Below, in pieces: positions 20,445 through 30,864 of a stretch of DNA of 64,000 bases. The notes beneath the pieces were generated by a model. It had not been told where the DNA came from. It saw only the letters and a list, made by a program, of their open reading frames with translations, and searched no databases. Each line of letters opens with the position of its first letter. Within the stretch, counting starts at the first letter, position 1. The stretch comes from Polyangiaceae bacterium (lineage in GTDB: Bacteria > Myxococcota_A > Polyangia > Polyangiales > Polyangiaceae), in assembly GCA_044376115.1 (NCBI GenBank), contig JBILLK010000037.1, positions 39,304 to 103,303 of the forward strand, written 5' to 3'. The position numbers and the translations under genes are program-made.

Positions 20445-22007
20445 TCACCAAGTGCGAAAGGGCTGACCCTTGAATTGCGCGCTATTCGCTGGGGCCGCGC
20501 TCGCCGCGGTCGGCACGGCGGCGCTGCTCGGGAGCTTGGTTGTAGCGTCTTGCGGCAGGCGTCCGAGCTTGGTCGCGCTCGAACTGGGAGCGGCTGCGCT
20601 CGGCGCGGCTGAACTCGGCGTGACCGTGCTCGGAGCCCGCGCGACGTCGATGACCGCTGCGGCGGAGAGCGGGCGCGTCTCGTCGTTGGCGCTCGGACTT
20701 GGGGCAGGCGCGCTCGCTGTCGCTGCGGGTTCCGCGGGCGGCTGCTTGCGCGTGCTCGCGAACCATCCGAGCCCGATGAGGGGCACCAAAGCCAACGCCG
20801 CGACCATCCAGGTCCGCCCTCGCGCGTGGGTGCGCTCACGTGGGCTCAACAGCACTGCGGACTCGGTTACTTGGTCACTGCGCAGGCCAACGCTCAACGC
20901 GGACTCGGTGACGGGCTCCGCCGAGCGCGCTCGCTTCAGCGCCTGCTCCAGCCGCGCCTCGAACTGCGTGCGCTCCCGGTGAAAGAGCCTCGCCAAGAGC
21001 TCGCGCAGCGCCGCGTCACCTTGCTCGCCACCGAGCGAGCGCAACACCTTGCGTAGCTCTGTCGCGAGGTCCGCGGCGTGATCGTAGCGGCCCTCTTTCG
21101 CGGTGAACATCGCGCGGCGGGTGATGACGTCCAACTCGCGTGGCAAACCGTTTCGGATGCGTGAAGGTTCATCCGGGATGGTGGTCGCGATGCGCAACGT
21201 GGCCGCCGCGGGCGGCAGCCCGGCGAACAGCTCGCGCCCGGTCAGCATCTCGTGCAGCACGATGCCCAGCGCGAAGATGTCGGTGCGCCGATCCAGCGTT
21301 TCTCCGGCGCACTGCTCCGGCGCCATGTAGCCGAACTTCCCCTTGATCACCCCGGTCTCGGTGGAGCGAGCCGACTCGTACAGCTTGGCCACGCCAAAAT
21401 CGAGCAACGCAACGCTGCCGTCGAAGCCGAGCAAGACGTTCTGCGGCGACACATCGCGGTGCACCAGGCCAAGCGACTCGCCGTTCTGCCCGGTGAGCTG
21501 ATGAGCTGCATGCAACCCGTCGGCGATCTGCGCCGCGATCCACGCCGCTAGCTCCGGTGCCATCAGCTCACGGCGCTGGGATAAGGCTTTTTGTAGGCGC
21601 CCGAGCGATACCCCACGCACGAGCGGCATCACCAAGAACGGCTCGCCCTCGTGCGTCCCGAGCTCGAACGCGCTGAGCACGTTCTTGTGCGCGATCTTCG
21701 CGCTGATCCGCGCCTCGCGCAGAAACGCCTCCACCTCCTCGGCCGTTCGTTCGACGGAGGTAAGCATCTTCAGCGCAACGACGGTCTCCACGCCTTCGCT
21801 GGCCAAAACTCCCGCATGAACGACGCCCATCCCTCCGCGTGCGATCGGGAAAAGCAGCTGGTACTTGCCCACTCTTCGCAAGGGCGGGTCAGCCGGCGCG
21901 GGCGCGGGCTCGAGCGAGATACGCTCGGCGGGCACAGGCGCGTTCTCGTGCGTCACGATGGCCTCCCCGATCGGGCCGCGTCTCGTCGGCAACTCATCCC
22001 GCAACAC
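20445..22007 (-). CDS. Hanks-type Ser/Thr protein kinase, transmembrane
   Basis: IARGGMGVV, VALKML, HRDVSPQN, DFGVAK, GKFGYMAPEQ. Confidence 0.95.
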   Translation of the reverse strand: MLRDELPTRRGPIGEAIVTHENAPVPAERISLEPAPAPADPPLRRVGKYQLLFPIARGGMGVVHAGVLASEGVETVVALKMLTSVERTAEEVEAFLREARISAKIAHKNVLSAFELGTHEGEPFLVMPLVRGVSLGRLQKALSQRRELMAPELAAWIAAQIADGLHAAHQLTGQNGESLGLVHRDVSPQNVLLGFDGSVALLDFGVAKLYESARSTETGVIKGKFGYMAPEQCAGETLDRRTDIFALGIVLHEMLTGRELFAGLPPAAATLRIATTIPDEPSRIRNGLPRELDVITRRAMFTAKEGRYDHAADLATELRKVLRSLGGEQGDAALRELLARLFHRERTQFEARLEQALKRARSAEPVTESALSVGLRSDQVTESAVLLSPRERTHARGRTWMVAALALVPLIGLGWFASTRKQPPAEPAATASAPAPSPSANDETRPLSAAAVIDVARAPSTVTPSSAAPSAAAPSSSATKLGRLPQDATTKLPSSAAVPTAASAAPANSAQFKGQPFRTW

Positions 22008-22093
22008 GTCCTCGAAGTTACCATGAGCCTGTTCGCGGAGGGCTATCGACGGCGGGCTAGCGACGAGTCAATGGTCGGCGGGCTAGCGACGCG

Positions 22094-22513
22094 TCATTCG
22101 GAGTCGCTCGGAGCCCCGCACGCGAGCCACTCGCCAAGCCGGGTGCGCTCTTCGTCTTCGGGCCCCGCGAGCGGAGGCATCTGGCGGTTGTGGTCCCCCG
22201 AGCGCGCCCAAATGCGTGGCCCTGCCTCGCGCACCAACGCCACGTCGTCAAAGTCGCTGCCGAGCGGTGCGCCCTGCCGTTCGCCCTCCGGAAGCGCGCT
22301 CGAATGACAGCCGTTGCACCAAGACAGTAAAAACGGCTCGCCGAAGTTCTCGTACGTTAGAATGCTATCTTCCGGGCACGGCCGTTCGGATAGCTTGGTA
22401 GCGTCGGCGACGGTCAACTCCTCGCTCTCGCTCTCGTCGGAAGTGCAAGCGCTGAGCCCCAGCCCGAACAGGCTCAATACCAAGCAAGCATAGGACTCAA
22501 GCGTTGAGCGCAT
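22094..22513 (-). CDS. Small lipoprotein with CxxCH c-type heme motif
   Basis: Lipobox LSAC, CNGCH, distal MPP, WLACGAP end. Confidence 0.75.
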   Translation of the reverse strand: MRSTLESYACLVLSLFGLGLSACTSDESESEELTVADATKLSERPCPEDSILTYENFGEPFLLSWCNGCHSSALPEGERQGAPLGSDFDDVALVREAGPRIWARSGDHNRQMPPLAGPEDEERTRLGEWLACGAPSDSE

Positions 22514-23768
22514 GGAAGGCCTCCGCGTTCGGGAAGTACGGCTTGGAATCAACGCCCACGGCCTCCAGTACTGCCGCCGCAAAGTTGCCGTACTGTACAG
22601 TCTTGCCAGCGTCGCTCGACTGGCCGGTAGCGAAATCCACCTTCAGCGATTGCAAGGTATCGTCGGTGCCGCCAAGCGTGCGTGCGCCCTTGAGTCCACC
22701 GCCGAGCAGGATCGCGCTGGTGACCGGCCAATGGTCTTTCCCACCGTCCACGTTGAGCTTCGGCGTGCGGCCCATCTCCGAGACGACCACCACTACGGTC
22801 TCGTCGATCAGCTTGTTGCCGGCCTCCGTTCCCGGCGTCACTTGCAGCTTCTCGATCAGCGTCGAAAGCGAGGTGAAGAGGTCTTCTTGCAACGGGCCTT
22901 GCAGCACATTTTCGGTATGGGTGTCCCAGCCGAAGGGCGTCTCCAAGTGCACGCTTTGGCTGAGCCCCTCGGTCAGCGCTCTTACTGCAATATCGATTTG
23001 TACGTTGATGTCGAGCGAGAACTCGAGCTCCTCGGAGAACGCCCCCGAGAACTTCTTGAAGGCCTCCCCGCGCTCGCGCGACGAGAGAAAGTCCTCCACG
23101 CGCGCTCGATTCTGCCCGTGGGCGGCAGGCCCTTGGAAGAGCGAGTTGGCGCGCTTCTTTACATAGCTATCGATCGCTTTGGCCTCGGCTGCGTCCGGGC
23201 GAAAGCGCTTGCTTGGCAAGAGGTCCGGGCCGGGGAAGGCTACGTCGGGATCCATCAAGGTCTTGAGCTGCGTCACCGTGCCTGTGCGCACGGCGATCGA
23301 CCCCAGATTGCCGGTGAAGGCGGTGGGGCCAAGCGCGAGCAGCGGCGCGCTCATCGAGCTACCGAGCTCGTGCGCCGCGATGGTCGAGAAGTCCGGGCTG
23401 GTGTCGGAAGCGGTGCCCGTCAACATGCGTTTGGCGCAATCCGGATGATTGATCGATTGCACCTGGATGCCGTTGATGACGGTGGTGAGCGAGCCGTATT
23501 GCTCAAAGAAGCTGCTGGCCTTGGGCCGTGAAGGGTCTGCGAGATAGACCAGTTGGCCAACGCTCTTTAGGTCGCCTTGCGGCGAGTCAACGCCGCTCGC
23601 GCCTTGTTTGGCGTCGAGCGCGTAGGTGGTATCCCAGCCGCCCGCGACAAACACCGTCAATAGCTTCTTGGGCGCTTTTGCGCCGGCGGCGAAGGAGCCG
23701 CCCGAGAACAGCGTGGCGCCGCCGAGACCGAATACTGCTTGCAGAAAGGAGCGTCGTTTCTGGCTCAT
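22497..23768 (-). CDS. DUF1501 family protein with Tat signal
   Basis: KRRSFLQ twin-arginine signal, GGWD, GWDTH, SEMGRTPKLN..GGKDHWP. Confidence 0.88.
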   Translation of the reverse strand: MSQKRRSFLQAVFGLGGATLFSGGSFAAGAKAPKKLLTVFVAGGWDTTYALDAKQGASGVDSPQGDLKSVGQLVYLADPSRPKASSFFEQYGSLTTVINGIQVQSINHPDCAKRMLTGTASDTSPDFSTIAAHELGSSMSAPLLALGPTAFTGNLGSIAVRTGTVTQLKTLMDPDVAFPGPDLLPSKRFRPDAAEAKAIDSYVKKRANSLFQGPAAHGQNRARVEDFLSSRERGEAFKKFSGAFSEELEFSLDINVQIDIAVRALTEGLSQSVHLETPFGWDTHTENVLQGPLQEDLFTSLSTLIEKLQVTPGTEAGNKLIDETVVVVVSEMGRTPKLNVDGGKDHWPVTSAILLGGGLKGARTLGGTDDTLQSLKVDFATGQSSDAGKTVQYGNFAAAVLEAVGVDSKPYFPNAEAFHALNA

Positions 23769-23781
23769 GGGGACCTCTGGA

Positions 23782-25485
23782 TCAGTGGTAGGTAACGGCG
23801 ATGTCTTGCAGCATCGCGGTCAAGACTGTCGCGTGGGCGCGCAGCGGATCACCCTGCGAGTCCATCGACGCTTGGAACAGCTCAAGCAACATCGATGCCG
23901 CCTCTGAGTCGGGGGTAACCAGCTCCGAATGCAGCTCGCCAATCAACAAGACGAACTGCTTGCGCAGCGTGGCCTCGTCCTTCGTGCTCGGCTCCACCAG
24001 GCGCAGCAGCTTGCGTTCCTTCGCCGGCAACGCAAAGTCGGTTAGGACCACGTGGGTCGCAGCCTCTTCGGCGAAGGCGCGCGTGAACAAGCTGCTGGCC
24101 GCTGTATCGGTATAGGTGTCGAACAGGACGAACTGACCGTCGGTGCCGCCGCCGATTACCCGGTAGCCGAGCAACGAGTCCCGCGGTAGCTCCACGGTCT
24201 TGATCAGCCCATCGGTGTAGGGACCGAGCTCGGTCTTCCACACGAAGCCGGTCTTGGCCTCGATGAAGCTGGCCAGCTCGTCGGGCCGACTGCGGCGCAG
24301 GCCATTGAGCTGCTCTGCGACCTCCGCGTCGGGGGAATAGAAGCTAGCGAAATCGGGGGCCAGGACGATCTGCTTGGCCAGCGTCTTGGCGTCGTAGTTA
24401 CTGTCGATGAAGGCCGCTTGCAGCTCGGCCGCCCGCTCGAACGGAACCTGGTCGAGCCCCTTTTGATTGAAGTACGCGTAAAAGCGTTTGGCCGCGCAGG
24501 CGGAGAAGCGCGAGTCCTCCGCGATTAGCTGGCCTAGATCCTCGAGGGATTCCCCTTGCCGACCAAAGTAGGAGGGCGGGCGCATATCGATCGCCAAAAT
24601 CTCCTCGAACACGCCCGGAAAGAACATGTTCTCCACCGGGAAGCTCTCTTCGGTCGGGACGATGATCGGGAAGAAGTCCTTGAAGAAGCTGGCCAGCGGA
24701 TCGAGCGCTTGATGGCAGCTCGCGCAAGCGGCGTTCTCCACCACTGCGGCTTGGACAGCATTCGGGTCGGCGGTGTCGACGTCGGTGTCGAGGTTGACGT
24801 CCCGCGAGAGGAAGTCGTAACAAAGTAGCGAGCGCGATACAGCGTTAGCGCGAGCGCGGTTGGCGTTGGAGGGCGTGCTTTGGTAACGCACATAAAGCCA
24901 TGAGTCGGTGAGGATCCCAGCGTTTCCCCGGCCGTCTTCGTAGGCGGTCTCTTGCCAGTCTGGTCCGTTCGGGTCGTAGGGGAGGCCCCAGACCTTTGCC
25001 GAGATGCTGTTCGCCATGGCGAACGGTGCAGTGACAATATCGGTGTAGGGGCGGTCCTCCATGATCACCTTCTCGATCAGGTGCAAGGGCGCCTCCATCA
25101 CCGAGGTATTGATCGAGACCGTGTCCTCCTCCGCGAGCACGCCCGAGGGCGTGAAGCCAGCGGGGTAGAACAGCCAATCCGGCCGCAGCTGCAGCGTCTG
25201 ACTGTGCATATCGCGCATGGTTCGGCCGAACTCTGGGGACTCGAGATAGCTATCGACGATGACCTCCAGCTGCTTTGGGTCCTGCTGAACGCGTTCGAGT
25301 TCGGCGATCGATGGGGTTGTGCCGCGGAGTGCGACCGAAGCGCGCACGAGATGCTTCGTGGGGTCGAGTAGCACAACCTCAGGCTCGTCCTCCGCAGGGG
25401 GCGAGCTGTCGACTTCTTCGCAGGCGAGAACCCCCAGCAGTGGAAGGCAGCCGAGGAGCAGGCGCAGGTTCGAGACGATCCTCAT
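23782..25485 (-). CDS. DUF1588/DUF1592/DUF1585-like lipoprotein with CxxCH
   Basis: Lipobox VLAC, RASVALRG..P, AGILT, NRARAN, CASCHQALDP, EDSRFSACAAKRF. Confidence 0.8.
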   Translation of the reverse strand: MRIVSNLRLLLGCLPLLGVLACEEVDSSPPAEDEPEVVLLDPTKHLVRASVALRGTTPSIAELERVQQDPKQLEVIVDSYLESPEFGRTMRDMHSQTLQLRPDWLFYPAGFTPSGVLAEEDTVSINTSVMEAPLHLIEKVIMEDRPYTDIVTAPFAMANSISAKVWGLPYDPNGPDWQETAYEDGRGNAGILTDSWLYVRYQSTPSNANRARANAVSRSLLCYDFLSRDVNLDTDVDTADPNAVQAAVVENAACASCHQALDPLASFFKDFFPIIVPTEESFPVENMFFPGVFEEILAIDMRPPSYFGRQGESLEDLGQLIAEDSRFSACAAKRFYAYFNQKGLDQVPFERAAELQAAFIDSNYDAKTLAKQIVLAPDFASFYSPDAEVAEQLNGLRRSRPDELASFIEAKTGFVWKTELGPYTDGLIKTVELPRDSLLGYRVIGGGTDGQFVLFDTYTDTAASSLFTRAFAEEAATHVVLTDFALPAKERKLLRLVEPSTKDEATLRKQFVLLIGELHSELVTPDSEAASMLLELFQASMDSQGDPLRAHATVLTAMLQDIAVTYH

Positions 25486-25496
25486 GCAGCCCGTTC

Positions 25497-25512
25497 AGCA
25501 AGCCATGTGCCG
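25497..25512 (-). promoter_or_regulatory. Sigma54 (-24/-12) promoter of the DUF1588-DUF1501-cytochrome operon
   Basis: Minus strand CGGCACATGGCTTGCT matches TGGCAC-N5-TTGCW with exact GG-N10-GC spacing; lies next to a divergent sigma54 activator gene. Confidence 0.75.
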
Positions 25513-25633
25513 CTAGCGCAGCGGCGTACTCCGCAGAAAACGTGGTGAGCTCGGCGCTCCGCGTCGCCTGCCGGCGACATCGTCGCATCCATGCGACTGC
25601 GGAACCGAGCGGCTTTGAGGTAAGGTTCGGCCG

Positions 25634-26967
<1,334 letters not shown>

Positions 26968-26971
<4 letters not shown>

Positions 26972-27924
26972 GCGGCCTCCGCCGACTGGCCTTCGTCTTG
27001 GGCGTAGCCTGCTTGAGCCTGCAAGCTCAGGCTCAAGAGCAGCTGAGCGACGAACGTGCAGGAATACTATTCAACGAAGGTCTGGCGGCCTTCGATGCCG
27101 GCCGAACCACGGATGCCGTTGCGATCTGGGAGCAGGTGCTCGCGCAGGCCGCCCCAACGCGCGCGTGGCGCGTGCATTACAATCTAGGTCTCGCGTACGA
27201 GGCGCTCGGTGCGCGGCCCAAGGCGATTGAGAGCTACGAGCTCTTCTCCCGTCGAGTCGGCGAGCAGCCCGGTAGCCTGCCCATCGACTTTGAACAGCGA
27301 CGCCAGGACGCTGTCGACCGTGCGGCTCGATTGCGACCGTTCGTGGCGCTCCTGCGCGTGCTGGGGCCCGAGTCTGGCGAGCCGGTCTCGGTGCGGCTTG
27401 GGACGGGGGAGGCCCGGCCGGCGGGCTTCAGTCAATACCTCGAGCCGGGGACGGTGACGGTGTCGATGGGGGAGGGCGCACGTAAAGTCGATGAGACGGT
27501 AACCGTTGCAGCGGGCGAGCTGCGTACGATGATTGCCCATCAACTGCCGCCACCACCGCCTCCGCCTCCGCCGCCGTATGAGCCTCCGATCCCGAACGTG
27601 GTGATCGTGCTCACGGCGAGCGCGGCAGCCGCCTCGTTGGCGTTACCGATCGCCCTGTTCGTCAAGGCGGCGGAAGCGCGCGACCTAGCTGCTGACGTAC
27701 CGACCTTCTTTCCGGGCTATGCGCTACGCCAAGAGGATTTCAAGGATGCACGAGCGGCTTATCAAGCGTCTTACGCGTTACCCGCTACATTGGCAGCCCT
27801 TGCAACGACCTTTTTAATCGTCAATGTCGCAGATGCCTCGGCGGGCTCCGAAGCGGAGGTTCCAAAGGTGGGACTGTCGATCGGACCTGAAGAGAGCTCC
27901 GTTGCGCTGAGGTTCAGCTTATGA
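26968..27924 (+). CDS. TPR/PEGA-like exported or membrane protein
   Basis: Signal peptide, TPR (YNLGLAYEALG), poly-Pro linker, C-terminal hydrophobic segments; ATGA overlap. Confidence 0.75.
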
Positions 27925-28769
27925 AGAGTCGTCGATGTCTGACGCTTTGTATGGTCGGACTGGCCAGCTGTTTGGAAGCGCTCCCAGAACCCAACGAATG
28001 TAACGAACCGGAGCAGGTGATCGCTGGGACGCAATGCTTGGATTGCCCGATCGAGTCGCCGGTCAAGTGGAGCAACAGCTGTATTACTTCGGCTGTGTCC
28101 GGGGGGCGAAGGCTGCTCCCAGGAACCTTGGGTCAGCATGAAGAGTGGGAGCGTTTCAGCTGTTTGGTGGCTGAGGCTAACGCGGAGTCCTGCACCTGTG
28201 CGAGCGAGCCTGAGCCAATCACGGCTTGCTACTCCAAGGGTTGCCCATCGGCCGTCGTCGAATCGGTCGGGGATAGCGCGGTATGCCTTCGCAGCGGGCT
28301 GACGGTCGTTCAGGATACTCCACCGGGTGCCACCTGCGGCTGTGCCACGGCCGTACTCGAATGCGATGGCAGGGGAATCGCCTTCGGCGGACTCACCAAC
28401 GGGCGCGCCAACGTGCCGCTGGGCGCGATTGGGCTTGCGCTACCGGCAGACCAACTGCCAGATGCTGGCCGGCTGGGTGTCTATGTTCGCATGCGGGGCT
28501 TCGCCGCGCCGATGGCGGTGCTCATGGGCACCGAGGAAAAGGGAACTGGCTTCTTTTTCTACGCGATAGGAGAGTATGAGGAGTCCATCGGCTTCGGCCC
28601 GAAGGATGACGGCTTCCCAGCTGCTGGTGTGGTGAGTTCGCCCTACCAGTGGTCGCAAGCCGAGGACAAGCCAACCGCTGTCGCGATCGGGCCGTTGGAA
28701 CTAGCTGGCGGCGAGGCGTTTCACCTCTCCGAGATCGATTGCGTGATTCCCTTCGTGGTTCCCGACTGA
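27921..28769 (+). CDS. Cys-rich hypothetical lipoprotein
   Basis: Lipobox LASC; ATGA overlap with the previous gene. Confidence 0.7.
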   Translation: MKSRRCLTLCMVGLASCLEALPEPNECNEPEQVIAGTQCLDCPIESPVKWSNSCITSAVSGGRRLLPGTLGQHEEWERFSCLVAEANAESCTCASEPEPITACYSKGCPSAVVESVGDSAVCLRSGLTVVQDTPPGATCGCATAVLECDGRGIAFGGLTNGRANVPLGAIGLALPADQLPDAGRLGVYVRMRGFAAPMAVLMGTEEKGTGFFFYAIGEYEESIGFGPKDDGFPAAGVVSSPYQWSQAEDKPTAVAIGPLELAGGEAFHLSEIDCVIPFVVPD

Positions 28770-28794
28770 CCCGGTGGCCTGGTAGCTTCGGCGC

Positions 28795-29958
28795 GTGGGA
28801 GAGGGGGAGGCTGCACGCCGATCGAGTTCGCCTAGTTTGAGCGACAACATGCCGGCGCTCGATGGTCTGCGCGGGTTGGCGATCTTGATGGTGTTTGGCC
28901 ACAACCTCACGCCTTTTGATCAGGCGACCGGAGGGGCAGCCAAGGCGCTTGGACTACTGCTCAATCCGGGCTGGGTCGGCGTGCAGCTGTTCTTTGTATT
29001 ATCGGGCTATTTGATCTCGGGGATCTTGCTGGATAGTCGGCAGAGTGGTGGCTATTTTTCAGCGTTTTACGCGCGGCGGACGCTGCGCATCTTCCCGCTT
29101 TACTACATTGTATTGTTGGTCACCTTCGTGCTCCTACCGCTGCTCGGCTCACAGCCCGCAGCCGTCGCACAAAGCAGCGCGAATCAAGTATGGCTATGGA
29201 CCTACTTGGTCAATTGGACGGAGCCGCACCACGGCGGAGTTGCTGGGTTTCCGCACTTCTGGTCGCTCGCGGTGGAGGAGCAGTTCTATTTGGTATGGCC
29301 GCTGCTCGTTCGCTTTGCGCCGGCCCCGCGGCTGCTATCGCTCTCGCTTGGGATTGCGGGCTTGAGCTTGGGCAGTCGCTTGCTCATGGTGCAGCTCGGC
29401 GCGGATAGCGAGGCGATCTACCACTACACGATCTGCCGTATGGACGCCTTGGTGCTCGGCGCGGCGCTGGCTGCGGCCTTTCGTTTGCCTGCGCTGCGTG
29501 CGTTCTTGGTCGTGCGCGCGCGCTCGCTGCTGCTGGTGGGGCTGGGGCTGCTTGCGCTCTTGTTCGTGGTATCGAAGGGGCTGCCGCGCTCGACGGTGCT
29601 GATGTTGACCGTCGGCTATTCCTGGTTGGCGGTCGGCTTTGGTTTGCCGATCGCGGCCGTGGTCTCCGAGCACTTGAACGGCGGTGGCGTGGTGAGTCGC
29701 GTGCTTTCGAATGCTGGGCTGCGCTCCTTCGGCAAATACAGTTACGCCCTCTATGTGGTGCATCAGCCGCTCAATCTACTGCTCGGCAAGCCTTGGCTCG
29801 AGGCGCATGGCTATGGCAATCCGTCGCTTGGGGTGGGGCTTGCTTACATGGCCGTCTTGGTTGCCGCCTCGTACGTTGTCGCCTTCCTTTCCTTTCACTT
29901 GATTGAACGGCACTTCCTTCAGCTCAAGCGTCACTTCGTGGCACGGCCGAGCGGCTGA
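28795..29958 (+). CDS. Acyltransferase 3 (OafA-like) membrane O-acyltransferase
   Basis: LDGLRGLAIL, GVQLFFVLSGYLI, RRTLRIFPLYY, HFWSLAVEEQFY, GKYSYALYVVH. Confidence 0.93.
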   Translation: MGEGEAARRSSSPSLSDNMPALDGLRGLAILMVFGHNLTPFDQATGGAAKALGLLLNPGWVGVQLFFVLSGYLISGILLDSRQSGGYFSAFYARRTLRIFPLYYIVLLVTFVLLPLLGSQPAAVAQSSANQVWLWTYLVNWTEPHHGGVAGFPHFWSLAVEEQFYLVWPLLVRFAPAPRLLSLSLGIAGLSLGSRLLMVQLGADSEAIYHYTICRMDALVLGAALAAAFRLPALRAFLVVRARSLLLVGLGLLALLFVVSKGLPRSTVLMLTVGYSWLAVGFGLPIAAVVSEHLNGGGVVSRVLSNAGLRSFGKYSYALYVVHQPLNLLLGKPWLEAHGYGNPSLGVGLAYMAVLVAASYVVAFLSFHLIERHFLQLKRHFVARPSG

Positions 29959-30017
29959 GCCGGCGCGCTTTCGACGGTGCGCTGAAATTTTCGGCCGAGC
30001 TCGAGCGAAGGGACTGT

Positions 30018-30857
30018 ATGCGACTGGTAGCGGAGCTGCTTCGACCGGTGTTCGCCTTCATCTTGGCGGCGCTCTTGTTCGGCTTGGTGGACCGGCTTTG
30101 GCGCTGGGACCAGCGCGGCGCGCCTTGGCGCAGGCCGGGCTTCGGCACCGACTTCAGCTTTTGGCTGCTCACGCCGCTGTTGACCCGCAGCATCACGCGG
30201 CTGGGGATCGGGCTTTCGCTGTACGTCGTGGCCTGGTTCAGCGTGGGCAGGCTCGCCAACAAGGCCGAGCTGTTCGCGTTCGTTGGGCGGGAGACCTGGG
30301 CCGCGGGCCTGCCTTTGCCGCTCGAAGTTGGCCTCACGTTGTTGGCGGCAGACTTCATCGGTTATTGGCTGCATCGAGCGTTTCATCGCGGTTGGTTGTG
30401 GCGCGCTCATGCGGTGCACCACAGCTCGGAGCGCCTCGATTGGCTCGCGGCGGTGCGGGTGCATCCGCTCAACGATCTCGTGGGCGGGGTCGTGCGCGTG
30501 GTCGCGTTGGTCTTGCTCGGCTTCCGTCCGACGGTCTTGGCGGCGGTGGTGCCGCTGCTAACGCTCTATGCCGTCACGCTGCACGCCAACGTGAGCTGGA
30601 ACTTTGGGCCGCTGAGGTTCGTCTTTGCCAGCCCTGCGTTCCACCGCTGGCACCACGCGAAGGAGGTGGACGGCGCAGGTCACAACTTCGCTGGGCTGTT
30701 CGCCTTCTGGGATCTGCTGTTTGGCACCTACCGGCTACCACTCAATCAGCCGCTGCCTACGACCGGCGTCAAAGAGCCGCTGCCTACCGGGTTTTGGGCG
30801 CTACTGCGTTATCCCTTTGGGGGAAGACGTGCGAGCCCGGCGCCCCAACGGGCGTGA
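30018..30857 (+). CDS. Sterol desaturase / fatty acid hydroxylase family protein
   Basis: His boxes YWLHRAFH, HAVHHS, HANV, FHRWHH; WDLLFGT. Confidence 0.92.
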   Translation: MRLVAELLRPVFAFILAALLFGLVDRLWRWDQRGAPWRRPGFGTDFSFWLLTPLLTRSITRLGIGLSLYVVAWFSVGRLANKAELFAFVGRETWAAGLPLPLEVGLTLLAADFIGYWLHRAFHRGWLWRAHAVHHSSERLDWLAAVRVHPLNDLVGGVVRVVALVLLGFRPTVLAAVVPLLTLYAVTLHANVSWNFGPLRFVFASPAFHRWHHAKEVDGAGHNFAGLFAFWDLLFGTYRLPLNQPLPTTGVKEPLPTGFWALLRYPFGGRRASPAPQRA

Positions 30858-30864
30858 AGCCGTC

